DNA of 64,000 nucleotides from Candidatus Eiseniibacteriota bacterium (GTDB lineage Bacteria; Eisenbacteria; RBG-16-71-46): NCBI GenBank assembly GCA_044223005.1, contig JBGAML010000008.1, positions 111,962 to 175,961 of the forward strand, read 5' to 3'. Shown piece by piece: positions 1 to 9,847 of this stretch (position 1 is its first letter; each line of letters starts with the position of its first letter). The notes under the pieces were generated by a model. It saw only the letters and a program-made list of their open reading frames with translations, ran no database searches and was not told where the DNA came from. The position numbers and the translations under genes were made by a program.

Positions 1-846
1 TCCAGCTTCCAGAACCACCTCGGGGTCTTCGGGGCGGTCACGTGGTCGCAGAGCTTTCGCAAGGACTCCGTCACCGCGTCGTATCACTACACGATTTCGC
101 GGGCGCAAACCTACGCGCGTTGCATGACCACGGGGGCCCGCGCCGAGTTCGCCATCGACAACGCGGCCTACATGGGCCTCGCGTCGTTCTACCAGTTCCA
201 CCAGGACGGCGGCGTGGTGATGTTCGGCAACCCGCCGCAGCTCCCTTCGGTGGTCACGACCTCGCACGGCCCGATGACGTGGTCGGGCTCGAATCCCGAC
301 GGCATCCAGCGCGACTACCAGATGGACTTCGCCGGGCACACCGAGGAGATCGACCTGTCGAGCGTGCCCGTGGGCGGCGAGTTCTCGGTCACGTTCAACC
401 TCGTCACACGTGCGCACATCGCGTACGACGAGATCGTCCGGTCGCGCGCGTACGTCCAGGATCCGGGAAGCGACTCGGTCGGGATCACGATGGTGCTCGC
501 GGGGCTCACTCCGACCGACAATCCGCAGCTCCCGACGCTCGGGATCGGGCCCGTGGCCGTCGCCGGCGTCGAGATGTCGTCGCCCTGGCCCAATCCCGGC
601 CGCGGACCGGTTCGCTTCACGCTGGAGCTGCCGCGGGCGACCTCGCTCGGCGTCGAGGTCTACGACCTCACCGGGCGGCACGTCGCCACGCTCTCGGACG
701 GGGTGCTCGAGGCGGGACTCCACCCGCTGGCCTGGGACGCCCGCGACACCGGCGGACGCCCCGTGCCCGCCGGCGTCTACCTCGTTCGCGCCGCCGGGCC
801 CGGCGTGCACGTCGTGCGGCGGATCGTCCATCTCGGGACGGAGTGA
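1..846 (+). CDS. 5'-truncated secreted protein with C-terminal T9SS-CTD/FlgD-Ig-like sorting domain
   Basis: Frame 1 is open from base 1 (SSFQNHLGVF...), so the true start lies outside the window. C-terminus reads PWPNPGR...VEVYDLTGRHVATL...WDARDTGGRPVPAGVYLVR. Confidence 0.85.
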   Translation, partial: SSFQNHLGVFGAVTWSQSFRKDSVTASYHYTISRAQTYARCMTTGARAEFAIDNAAYMGLASFYQFHQDGGVVMFGNPPQLPSVVTTSHGPMTWSGSNPDGIQRDYQMDFAGHTEEIDLSSVPVGGEFSVTFNLVTRAHIAYDEIVRSRAYVQDPGSDSVGITMVLAGLTPTDNPQLPTLGIGPVAVAGVEMSSPWPNPGRGPVRFTLELPRATSLGVEVYDLTGRHVATLSDGVLEAGLHPLAWDARDTGGRPVPAGVYLVRAAGPGVHVVRRIVHLGTE

Positions 847-940
847 CGAAAGGCGGGGGCATGCCCGGAGGGTCCGGCAGTGCTTCGCGCACACGGGCGC
901 GGGGTGCAGTGGCCCGCGCCCGCCGTGTGCGGCAGCGGGC

Positions 941-1495
941 CTAGTGCCGCTGCTTCCGGAACTCCGCCGCGAAATCGGTCGTCGGGTGGAAGTCGTCGTG
1001 GCGGATGCGCAGCTCGAGGCGACGCGTCTTCGACGGCCACGACACGACGGTCCTGTTTCCCGAACGCGCGAGCGCGCCGTTCGTGCCGAGCACGGTGGTG
1101 ACCGAGTCGATCGAGACGTGGAGCGTCTCGCCCGATATCTCGCTCGTGAACACCTCGGTGATGTCGGGGAAGAGATCGGTCTCGCGCCAGAGCAGTTCGC
1201 GGCCCTTGCGCTCGAGCGCACGCGACTTCACGTAGACACCGTCCTTCGCGCGTTCGAGCAGGTACTCGTCGCTCTTCCAGCGCCGCAGCAGCTCGTCGAA
1301 ATCCTTCTGCTGCTTCGCGGCTTCCTGCTGGTCGGACTGCACGTCGTACTGCACCACGCTGAGCGTGCCACTCCTGCCGTCCTCGTTCAGGGTCACGACG
1401 TAGTCGTCTTCGCGGCTGACGAGGCAGCCGCCGAGCAGTGTCGCGACGGCGGACGCGACGACGGCGGCGACGGCGAGTCTGGACAGACATTTCAT
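941..1495 (-). CDS. Hypothetical lipoprotein (184 aa)
   Basis: Signal peptide with lipobox LLGG-C; protein-like composition, unlike the Arg-rich overlapping frames. Confidence 0.8.
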   Translation of the reverse strand: MKCLSRLAVAAVVASAVATLLGGCLVSREDDYVVTLNEDGRSGTLSVVQYDVQSDQQEAAKQQKDFDELLRRWKSDEYLLERAKDGVYVKSRALERKGRELLWRETDLFPDITEVFTSEISGETLHVSIDSVTTVLGTNGALARSGNRTVVSWPSKTRRLELRIRHDDFHPTTDFAAEFRKQRH

Positions 1496-1820
1496 ATGAG
1501 AATCCCCAGGGTGGATCGGGAGCGATGGTGGCGAGCGCCCGAGACCTCGGGGGAACCTGCGGACGGCGGCGCCGGGCCGGACGTCGGCCCACGATGCGGG
1601 ATCGCATCGCCACGTTGCCTGCGGCCGGAGGTCAACGTGTCAATACTCGCGCCGGTAGCGGCCCAGTGCGGAGACACCGCGACGAGCGTTGCGGATACCT
1701 CCACGAGAGCCGGGGCTGGCTCGCCGGCCGGCCGCGCCCGGCGACCGAGCGGCCGGAGGGGCCCGTCGCGAACGGCGATCACCGTTTCCCGGCACGCAGC
1801 GTGCGGTGACTCGTCGCGCC

Positions 1821-1890
1821 GTTTCACCGTCGTTTCAGCCGCTGCACGCACGGCGAGTTTCATCGCGTTTCGCGCGCGTTCCCGTTGACC
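1821..1890 (+). promoter_or_regulatory. Phased GTTTCA-like direct repeats upstream of a TTGACC -35-like hexamer
   Basis: GTTTCA at 1821, 1832 and 1857; GTTTCG at 1867; GTTCCC at 1878 (10-11 bp steps within each cluster); TTGACC at 1885-1890. Lies upstream of the GH144 gene. Confidence 0.45.
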
Positions 1891-1955
1891 TCGACCGCAC
1901 GCTGCGGTGTGATCTTCTCCTCTGGGATGCAACGATGTTCAACGGAGGAGTCGCC

Positions 1956-3395
1956 ATGCCGGTCGCACGGAACCTGGTCGGGATCGTCCTGCTGCTCGTG
2001 GCGTTGCAGCCCGTCGCGTGTTTCGCGGGCGGATCGGTGCGACGCGCGCCGAAGCCGCTGCACACCGTCCGCGCAACGACGTTCGATCCCGAGCTCCTGA
2101 CGCAGGTCCAGCACCGGACGTTCGACTACTTCTGGGACGGCGCGCACTCCAGCGGGCTCGCGTGGGAGAGCACGTCGGACTCGGGGCCGAGCCGTGAACC
2201 GCGGCTCGCCGTCGGCGCGACGGGCATGGGCATGATGGCGATCATCGTCGGCATCGAGCGCGGCTTCATTTCGCGGGCCGCCGGCGCGGAGCGCATCGCG
2301 CGCATCCTCGACTACCTCCACGACAAGGCGCCGCGCTACCACGGGGCATGGCCGCACTGGCTCGACCCCGCGACGGGCGAAGGGTTCGGGCAGGAGGGCA
2401 ACGATTCGTATCGCAAGAGCGACATCGTCGAGACGGGCTATGCCGTCGAGGGCCTGCTCTGCGCGCGCCAGTACTTCACCGACCCGAACGACCCGACCGA
2501 GGCGCACATCCGCACGCTGGCGGACACGCTCTGGCGCGACGTCGACTGGGCGTTCTACGCCGCGGCCGATCACGGCCGGCTCTACTGGCACTGGTCGGTC
2601 GATTCCGGCTTCCAGTGTCCCGCGCAGGCCGACATCTACGGCTTCAACGAATGCATGATCGCCTACCTCCTCGGCATGGCGAGCCCGACGCACCCGCTGC
2701 CCGTGAGCAGCTACGAGAAAGGCTGGCTCTCCGAGCGCTACACGACCGACGCCGAGTACAAGGGCATCCGGCACTACCTGCAGTACGCCTACCGCGACGG
2801 CTGGGGCATGAACGTGTGCGCGTTCTGGACGCACTACTCGTATCTCGGCTTCGACCCGCGCACGATCCGCGATTCGGTGCTGGGGCGCGCGGGAGCGCCC
2901 GCAGGGTTCACGTACTTCGACGTGTTCCGGAACATCGCGCGCATCAATCGGGAGTACTTCCTGGACCACCATCCGAAGGATCCGGCCGGCGCGTGGGGCC
3001 TCTCGGCGAGCTACGATCCGTCGGGCTACGCCGCGCACAGCCCGGTGCCGTTCGCAGGCGGCATGGGCGACAACGGCACGATCACGCCGAGCGCCGCGCT
3101 CGGATCGTTCCCGTACACGCCGGACGAATCGTACGAGGCGCTGCGCGCGTTCCGAGCCGACCCGAAGCTCTGGGGACGCTACGGCTTCTACGACGCGTAC
3201 AACCCGGGGCGGAACTGGTACGTGCGCGAGTACATCGGGATCGACCAGGGCCCGATCGTGATCGGGATCGAGAACCAGCGGACCGGCCTGCTCTGGAAGC
3301 TCTTCATGTCGCATCCCGACATCAGCGATCCGAAGATGGGCCTGCTCCGCAAGCTCGCCGACGCGGGCTGGATGATCACGCCGCCGGCGCGCTGA
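1956..3395 (+). CDS. Glucoamylase-like / GH144-type endo-beta-1,2-glucanase, exported (479 aa)
   Basis: RBS GGAGGAG before the ATG at 1956; signal peptide; motifs TFDYFWDGAH, GATGMG, YHGAWPHW, DIVETG, LYWHW, GFNE, HYSYLGFDP, GTITPSAAL, GFYDAYN, IGIDQGPIVIGIEN. Confidence 0.85.
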   Translation: MPVARNLVGIVLLLVALQPVACFAGGSVRRAPKPLHTVRATTFDPELLTQVQHRTFDYFWDGAHSSGLAWESTSDSGPSREPRLAVGATGMGMMAIIVGIERGFISRAAGAERIARILDYLHDKAPRYHGAWPHWLDPATGEGFGQEGNDSYRKSDIVETGYAVEGLLCARQYFTDPNDPTEAHIRTLADTLWRDVDWAFYAAADHGRLYWHWSVDSGFQCPAQADIYGFNECMIAYLLGMASPTHPLPVSSYEKGWLSERYTTDAEYKGIRHYLQYAYRDGWGMNVCAFWTHYSYLGFDPRTIRDSVLGRAGAPAGFTYFDVFRNIARINREYFLDHHPKDPAGAWGLSASYDPSGYAAHSPVPFAGGMGDNGTITPSAALGSFPYTPDESYEALRAFRADPKLWGRYGFYDAYNPGRNWYVREYIGIDQGPIVIGIENQRTGLLWKLFMSHPDISDPKMGLLRKLADAGWMITPPAR

Positions 3396-3583
3396 AACTC
3401 GCGGCGCGGTGACCCGGCGAACGCCGGGACTCCACGATCCGACATCCCGCTTCGCGATCGTGGAGGGATTCGCGGCGCCCTGGTCGTGCGTGCCGGCGAC
3501 CGCGCGCCCTGCGCGCCGCGTCAATCCCGCGCGGCGCTCGCACTTGGCGGTGCGCACGTGCGGCAGCGATGCGCCGCGCGTTG

Positions 3584-3598
3584 CGGCACGTCGATTGC
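3584..3598 (+). promoter_or_regulatory. Sigma54-type -24/-12 promoter
   Basis: CGGCACG-TCGA-TTGC gives GG-N10-GC with near-consensus flanks, about 75 bp before the ATG at 3674. Confidence 0.6.
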
Positions 3599-3673
3599 GA
3601 TGCGCCTCCGGCGGTCATGCGACGCAGCCCGGGCGACCGCCCCGGTGTGCCGGCGACGCGGGGGAGGGCTGCC

Positions 3674-4204
3674 ATGCGACACGACGCGATGCGAATGCTC
3701 CTGTGGACCGGTCTCCTGCTGCTCGTGGCGAGCGCGCCGGCACGCGCTGCCCGCGCGACCGTGCGGCTCGATGGCGGATTCGCGACGATCGACCAGGCGA
3801 TCGCCCGCAACCCCGGCTGGACGGCGGGGGGAGAACTGGAGATCGGGTTGGCCGAGTGGATCGCGCTGCTCGGGCGCGTGGACACGTACCACTGGGCCAC
3901 CGAAGGCACCTCGCGATTCGTGCCGTCGTCCGTCGGCAGTTCCGATTTCGGTTTCGGGCTCCGCCTGAGCTGGCCCTCGGGGCCCGTGCGGCCGTACGTG
4001 GACCTCGAGGGAATGGTCGCGCATGGCGACATCGACGGCGCACCCGGCCTCGGCGCGCAGGCGGGCGTGGGACTCACGTGGAAGCGGGCGAACGGCCCGG
4101 ACGTCTTCGTCGAAGCACGCGGCGCGGGCCTGTCGGACATGGAGGAGTCGAGCAGCCTCGCCTCCGGCCGCATCGGCATCTCGATCCCGCTCGCGCGGCG
4201 GTGA
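3674..4204 (+). CDS. Small outer-membrane beta-barrel protein (176 aa)
   Basis: RBS GGGAGG; signal peptide ending ARA; alternating amphipathic strands (FGFGLRL, RPYVDL, QAGVGLTW, VFVEAR, GRIGISIPL). Confidence 0.7.
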   Translation: MRHDAMRMLLWTGLLLLVASAPARAARATVRLDGGFATIDQAIARNPGWTAGGELEIGLAEWIALLGRVDTYHWATEGTSRFVPSSVGSSDFGFGLRLSWPSGPVRPYVDLEGMVAHGDIDGAPGLGAQAGVGLTWKRANGPDVFVEARGAGLSDMEESSSLASGRIGISIPLARR

Positions 4205-4222
4205 GGTCGTGGCGATCGGCCT

Positions 4223-4262
4223 GGGCGGAAACGCCGCGCGCGGCCGCGCGGCGTTTCCGCCC
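4223..4262. terminator. Perfect 18-bp stem hairpin between convergent genes
   Basis: GGGCGGAAACGCCGCGCG-CGGC-CGCGCGGCGTTTCCGCCC; no U-tract. Confidence 0.6.
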
Positions 4263-4267
4263 GAACC

Positions 4268-5350
4268 TTAAGGCTGCAGCGTCACGATGCGCCGGACGAC
4301 CGTGCCCGCCGGCGTGGAGAGGCGCACGAGGTAGACGCCCGGCCTGCACGTGCCGCGCGACCAGTGCACGACGTGCGTGCCGGCGCCGAACACTCCGTCG
4401 GCGAGCGTGGCGACGTGGCGACCGGCGAGATCGAGCACGTCGACCCGCACACTGCCGGTTGCGGTCGACGCGAACGTGAGCGCGGCGCCGTCGCGAACGG
4501 GATTGGGCGCGACGACGAGTGCGAGCTCCGGAGTGCTCGCGGCGCCGACGTCCGCGTGCGCGGGCGGGTCGAGCTGCAGGCCGAGGCTGTCCGCATAGCC
4601 GTCGTCGTAGGTGCCCGCGGCGCGAACGAACCGGATCGTGACGCGCACCGAACGCGTGAGCGTGGGCACGGTGCCGGTCGACTGGCGATAGACGAGCCCG
4701 GTCGCGCTCGCGCGGTCGCCCGCGGTCACCGGCCCGATCGCCGTCGAATCGAGCGCACCGCCGCCCGCGGCGAGGAACACGGCCGACGCGACAGCGTCGT
4801 CTTCCTGCGAAGAGAAGCCGCCCAAGTAGCCGCAGAACCGGAACGTCACGCCGCCACCGTCGACGACGCGTGCGAGGCCGCTCACGTCGATCGTCTGCGA
4901 GAGCCACGAGGCCGGCGTCGCGTTGCCGCCCGCGAACAGGTTCATGCCGCGGCCGACGGGGCCGCGATCGGAGAGGGTGGGGAAGCCGCCCCCCGAGGAG
5001 GCGTATGCGATCGAGGTCGCCGGGCCCGAACTCGTCCAGCCCGGAACGCTCACGGGAACGTACCCGTCCGGAGACGCCAGGCTGTCCTCGGCCCCGGCGT
5101 TGACGATGATGTTCTTGCCGAACGCGACCGTCACCGGCAGGGCCGCCACGGGCGCGAGATGCACCGCCGGCCGGGCGGAATGCCCCAGGTGTTCGTCGGC
5201 GAAGGCCGAACCGGCGACCACGGGCGACAGGGTGCAGCAGGTGAGCAGCGCGAACAGGGCCAGGCAGGACGGCGCGCGACGAGAGGGGCGGGACACGGCG
5301 GCTCTCCGAGGGGACGTGCGGAATGGGGAAGGTGTGAGGATCGCCCTCAC
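4268..5350 (-). CDS. Secreted protein with a jelly-roll/carbohydrate-binding-like domain and T9SS-CTD-like C-terminus
   Basis: Hydrophobic signal segment; NIIVNAGAE...PGW...SQTIDV...YLGGF...VPTLTRSVRV...DGYADSL; CTD VAPNPV...DVLDLAGRHVATL...PGVYLVRL. Start codon uncertain. Confidence 0.8.
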   Translation of the reverse strand: MRAILTPSPFRTSPRRAAVSRPSRRAPSCLALFALLTCCTLSPVVAGSAFADEHLGHSARPAVHLAPVAALPVTVAFGKNIIVNAGAEDSLASPDGYVPVSVPGWTSSGPATSIAYASSGGGFPTLSDRGPVGRGMNLFAGGNATPASWLSQTIDVSGLARVVDGGGVTFRFCGYLGGFSSQEDDAVASAVFLAAGGGALDSTAIGPVTAGDRASATGLVYRQSTGTVPTLTRSVRVTIRFVRAAGTYDDGYADSLGLQLDPPAHADVGAASTPELALVVAPNPVRDGAALTFASTATGSVRVDVLDLAGRHVATLADGVFGAGTHVVHWSRGTCRPGVYLVRLSTPAGTVVRRIVTLQP

Positions 5351-5441
5351 TCCGAGTGCAGGAACCCGGCCAGCGTCGAGGGCCGCCGCGCGACCGGACC
5401 GGTTGTCGCGGTGCTTCGGGGTCCGTATCGCGCCATCGCCG

Positions 5442-5888
5442 TCAGCCCGAGATGCTCCCCCAGGTCGCGCCGAGCGCCACCAGCACCAGAACGTCGACGA
5501 TCAGTCCGAGGACGACCCAGCGCTGGTGCTTCGGCGCGCCGTCCGTGACCTCCCACCGCGCGATGTCGGCGGTGTCGAGGGCGGTCGCATGGCCCGCGAC
5601 GTCGAGCCGCACGCGTTGCGACGGCGGCGTCCCGGCGGTCGCCGTCGTGTCCGGCGCTCGCGATTCGAGACCGAGGTAGAAACCCTCGAGGCGCGTGCCG
5701 TCGCGCCGCTGGACGATCAAGCGCGCGCCGGGTTCGACGGAACGGAAATCGCCCGCGTTCGGATTCGCGCCGCCGCCCGGGCCCGCCGGCGCGGGCGGCA
5801 TGCCGAGCCCGAGCAGCGAGCAGCCGCTCGCTGCTGCCATGAGAATGCATGCGAGGGTTGCGATTGACACGATGCGCCAGAGTCTCAT
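5442..5888 (-). CDS. Hypothetical lipoprotein with C-terminal TM helix (148 aa); paralog-like to 11146-11913
   Basis: Lipobox ASG-C; core RRDGTRLEGFY; C-terminal hydrophobic LGLIVDVLVLVAL. Confidence 0.7.
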   Translation of the reverse strand: MRLWRIVSIATLACILMAAASGCSLLGLGMPPAPAGPGGGANPNAGDFRSVEPGARLIVQRRDGTRLEGFYLGLESRAPDTTATAGTPPSQRVRLDVAGHATALDTADIARWEVTDGAPKHQRWVVLGLIVDVLVLVALGATWGSISG

Positions 5889-5999
5889 CCACCGAGGATC
5901 ACCGATCGCGCGCGCGGAAGCCAGCGCCGGAACGCCGCGAGGCCGGGCGCGCTTCCGTATGGGGAAGCGCCCCGGCCTCGTGGACTTCGAGTGCGGCGG

Positions 6000-8900
6000 C
6001 TACCGGACCACGACGACCCGCTGCGTGCACGACGCGCGGCCGGCGTCGAGACGCGCGAAGTAGACGCCCGCGGGGAGCGCCTGGCCCGCGTCGTCGCGGC
6101 CGTCGTAGGGCACGAGGTGCTCGCCGGCCGCGCGCTCGCCATCGACCAGCGTTCGGCAGCGCGCGCCGGTCACGTCGTAGAGCGCGAGTCGCACGCGGCC
6201 CGCCTCGGGCATCGCGAAGCGCATCGTCGCGCCCGCGCGCATCGGGTTGGGATGCGCCGGCAGCAGCCGCAGCGCCGCCGGCGGTCCGTTCGCGGGCACG
6301 TCGACGAGCGCCATGGGCAGCACGTCGAAGTAGTCCCACGTGGCGACGAACGGTGTGCCGCCACGCGAGGTGGCGATCACGCCGACGGCGAGCGCCGCGG
6401 GGCCGGTCACCGCCGCGTGCACGGCGGAGCCGGGGACGAGCGTGATCGGCGGCCCAACCGGCGTGAGCCCGGTGCCGTACATGCCCGCGCGCGGCTGCAC
6501 CGTTCCTGCCGCCGGATCGACGTCGAGCGCGAGATCGACGGCGATGCCGCCGAGGTATCCCGGCACGGGGACGCGCACGGTCGCGGGCACGCCGGCGACT
6601 TCGTGCACCACGTCGAGCACCGGCTGCCCGGCTTCGCCCGCGAGGACGAGCTTCAGGTAGTCGTCGTCGCCGCCGTCGCCCATCACGATGCCCAGCGACT
6701 GGTCGCCCACGGGGGCCGCGCCGGAGAAGTAGGGCGAGGACACGCGCGAGCGGATCCGGAACGCCGCCGTGGTGGCGTCGGTCGCGACGCCGAACTGGAA
6801 CGCGTACGCCTGGCCGCCGAGCGCGCCGAGCGCGTCGCCGCCGGGCACCTGGTCGACCGTGAACTTGCCCGCGGCGCCGCCGGCGGTGATGCGCACCGGG
6901 TCGAACTGGTCGAGGTAGTCGGTCACGCCGTCGAGCATCAGGCCGGTGAAGCCGAGCCCGAAGAAGCCGAAGCCCGGATCGCCGCCGTCCCAGCTGTAGC
7001 GCACGGGCAGCGGGGTCGCACCGTTGCTCGCGTCGCGGGCGAAGGCGTCGGCGAGGTCGGCGAGACCGTCGCCGTCGTCGTCGGGGTCGACGCGGTCGGA
7101 GAAGTAGTCGTGGTCGAAGTCCGGAGGCACGTCGGCCGCGGAGCACGGGCTGGTGCCGTTCAGGATCTCGTCGGTATTGGCGTAGCCATCGCCGTCGTCG
7201 TCCAGCCCGGGAACGTTCGCGCCGTTGCAGGTGGAGCCGCCGCCGTCGTAGTCGAGGGGTTCGAACACGAGGATCGCGCCGCTCACGTAGTCGGCGACCC
7301 AGATCGTGCCGGGGAACGTGTCGCCGTCCGCCTGGGCCGTCACGTCGAGAGGCGTGACGCCGACGTTGGAGAACAGCGTCTGCACGAGGCTCGCGGTGTC
7401 GCCGTTCGCGGTCAGCGCGACGCGCTCGATCGTGTTGTTGAAGCTCGCCGCCAGCAGATTGCCCTGCATCAGCCCGCCGAAGTTGGAGCCGCGATACTCC
7501 GTGATGCCGTTGGTCGAGAAGTTCCACGTCGCGAGCGCGCCATCGCCTCCGAGCGCGACCGGCACGCCGGGCGGCAGGTAGTCGCACTCGATCGGGTGAT
7601 CGGCCGGGACCGGCGACTGCGGCTGCGTGACGTTGAACGTGTTCGCCGTACGCGCGCGGGTCGGATTCGGGTGCCCGGCGTAGAAGCCCGCGGTGACGAG
7701 GTGGAGGTTGTCCGCGAGGCTGGCGCTGCCGCCGTCGTTGTCGGCGTTGGTGCAGCCCGCACCCGGCCCTTCGCCCACGGGCGGTCCGCCCCAGCCGGCG
7801 TTGGGTCCGTTGTCGATCGCGTAGAGACGCCCGCTCGCGGTACGGACGACGTCGAAGGGATTGCGCCAGCCGGGCGAATAGACCTGCACCGGGCCGCCGG
7901 GCACGATCCGCGCCTGGTTCTTGCCGTCGTTGCCGCCGAAGGGGTCGTTGAAGTCCGCGGTGCCGGGACGGTCCTCGTCGTCGAGCGTGGGCAGGTCGTA
8001 GGTCGTGCTGCCGATCGCGGCGAGATCGACCGACAGGATCGCGGCCGAGAGTGCGTATTCGGGCAGGAACGAGAAGTTGTTCGACGGCGCGCCCATGTTG
8101 GTGTTGCCGCCCTGGCCCACGAACAGCGTCTGCGTGGCCGGGTCGAGCGCGAGGCCGTTGGTGGCGTGATCGTTCTCGCATCGCGGCAGGCCGCGGACGA
8201 GGTCGGTGTGCACCCACGACGCGCCGCTCCACGCGAGCCGCGTGAGCACGCCGGAGTTGGTGTCGAGGTCGATGTCGCCCGCCACCGCCATGCGCGGATC
8301 GGACGAGGTGACATAGATCACCGGGTTGGCCGCGGTGCCGGTCACGAGCAGGCCCGTGACGAGCCGCGTGTCCACCGCCGGCGCGAGGTTGCCGAAGTCG
8401 TCGTGGTTCGGGATCGCGCGGACGCTGGTGATCGTCTCGCTCGAGGTGACCGCGTACTGGTTGGCGGCGGTGCGCGAGACACCGAGCACCAGGATCGAAC
8501 CGTCGCGCTGCCCGACGTAGAGCCGGCCGTCGGGACCGAACTGCAGCGTCGTCGGGTTGGTCGCCGACACGCCGGACAGCGCGCTCTTGCCGAAGCCGAT
8601 CGTGGCCGAGCTCGTGCCTTCGCCCGAGAGCGGGAGGACGAGCGGCGCCGCGACGCCGTCGTGCGCGATCGTCAGCGATCCGGTGACGGATCCGGGCGCG
8701 GTGGGCACGAAGCTGACGTTGAACGTGCGCGACTGTCCCGGCGCGAGCACCTGCGGCGTGAGCGTGTGCGTGAAGGGGCCGCTCACGGTGGCGCCCGACA
8801 CCGTGATCGCGGGGTCGCCGGGCGCGCCGAGGTTGGAGATCACGACCGGATGCGGCACGGAGACGTGGCCGACCTGCACGGGGCCGAAGCCGAGCGCGCC

Positions 8901-9521
8901 GGGTGACGGCGTGAGCACGCCCGGCTGGGCGACGGCGACGATCTCGATGCCGCGGATCGCCGGATCGTCCGCGACCGTGTGCCGGAACTCGAGCGACAGC
9001 GACCCGTCGGCGACGCTGACGACGAAAGACTCCATGCCCGGCGTGTAGCCGCCGAAGTGCGCGTACATGTCGTAGTCGGCGAGCCGGACCGTGCCTTCGC
9101 ACGCGACGTCCATGCGCCGGGCGCCCACCGACTGCGTGCCGGAGTAACCCTCGGCGAGCATGAGCCGCACGAGGTAGGGGCCGTTCGCGACCGGGAACTC
9201 CCACTGGAGCTCGGGGGCCGAACCCGGATCCCAGCGTTCGTCGGCGAACACCGCCGCCGGGACGTGCGCGGGCACGGAGGCGTGCGGCGGGTTCATCGGC
9301 GCGCTCGAACCGAAGACGTTGTTCCCGGCGGGGCCGTGGTTCACGTACGGCGAGGGAGAACCGAAATCATCGGCGGCCCATTCGGGGCCGGCGTCGATCG
9401 CGGCGATCGCGGGGCCGCCGCAGTTCACGCGGTAGAGCACCGTCTCGGCAGATGCGGGGGACGCGAACGCGGCGACGAGCGCCGCGGCGCAGACGAACGG
9501 AACGGCCAGTGGCTTGAGCAT
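6000..9521 (-). CDS. Secreted multidomain protein: malectin-like + Ig (choice-of-anchor D/ASH-like) + GSDH/PQQ-type beta-propeller + Asp-rich TSP3-like repeats + T9SS-CTD (1173 aa)
   Basis: RBS GAGGTG, start MLKPLAV; LYRVNCGG...DERW...YLVRLMLAE...AIRGIEI (malectin); FGPVQVG...ISNLG...LSGEG; TLQFGPDGRLYV, DHATNGL, GWRNPFD; DDDGDG repeats; PNPM...YDVTGARCRTL...YDGRDDAG...AGVYFARL. Confidence 0.85.
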   Translation of the reverse strand: MLKPLAVPFVCAAALVAAFASPASAETVLYRVNCGGPAIAAIDAGPEWAADDFGSPSPYVNHGPAGNNVFGSSAPMNPPHASVPAHVPAAVFADERWDPGSAPELQWEFPVANGPYLVRLMLAEGYSGTQSVGARRMDVACEGTVRLADYDMYAHFGGYTPGMESFVVSVADGSLSLEFRHTVADDPAIRGIEIVAVAQPGVLTPSPGALGFGPVQVGHVSVPHPVVISNLGAPGDPAITVSGATVSGPFTHTLTPQVLAPGQSRTFNVSFVPTAPGSVTGSLTIAHDGVAAPLVLPLSGEGTSSATIGFGKSALSGVSATNPTTLQFGPDGRLYVGQRDGSILVLGVSRTAANQYAVTSSETITSVRAIPNHDDFGNLAPAVDTRLVTGLLVTGTAANPVIYVTSSDPRMAVAGDIDLDTNSGVLTRLAWSGASWVHTDLVRGLPRCENDHATNGLALDPATQTLFVGQGGNTNMGAPSNNFSFLPEYALSAAILSVDLAAIGSTTYDLPTLDDEDRPGTADFNDPFGGNDGKNQARIVPGGPVQVYSPGWRNPFDVVRTASGRLYAIDNGPNAGWGGPPVGEGPGAGCTNADNDGGSASLADNLHLVTAGFYAGHPNPTRARTANTFNVTQPQSPVPADHPIECDYLPPGVPVALGGDGALATWNFSTNGITEYRGSNFGGLMQGNLLAASFNNTIERVALTANGDTASLVQTLFSNVGVTPLDVTAQADGDTFPGTIWVADYVSGAILVFEPLDYDGGGSTCNGANVPGLDDDGDGYANTDEILNGTSPCSAADVPPDFDHDYFSDRVDPDDDGDGLADLADAFARDASNGATPLPVRYSWDGGDPGFGFFGLGFTGLMLDGVTDYLDQFDPVRITAGGAAGKFTVDQVPGGDALGALGGQAYAFQFGVATDATTAAFRIRSRVSSPYFSGAAPVGDQSLGIVMGDGGDDDYLKLVLAGEAGQPVLDVVHEVAGVPATVRVPVPGYLGGIAVDLALDVDPAAGTVQPRAGMYGTGLTPVGPPITLVPGSAVHAAVTGPAALAVGVIATSRGGTPFVATWDYFDVLPMALVDVPANGPPAALRLLPAHPNPMRAGATMRFAMPEAGRVRLALYDVTGARCRTLVDGERAAGEHLVPYDGRDDAGQALPAGVYFARLDAGRASCTQRVVVVR

Positions 9522-9847
9522 GCGTGGGGTCACCTCAAGTGTGGCGATCGGCTTCTGGATGTGGAGAACGGGGCCGGTGAGGGCCCCGTCCATGTGTTCC
9601 GACAAGGATACGGGTTCGATGCGCGTCCCGGCGTCTCGATCGTGGATTTCGGGCCCGGCCGGGTGCCTGGACCGCGCGTTTCGCAACGATTCCGGGCGCC
9701 GGGCTGCGGGATGCGTGACGGGCATACCGGACGTCGTCGCCGGGCTGCGGTAGGTTCCGCCTCTGCCGGGCCGGGGTGCGCCCCGGCCGGCCCATGCGAT
9801 TCGCGCCACGCGTCCGCGCCGGCGCTCCGACGAGGACCCTGCACGAC

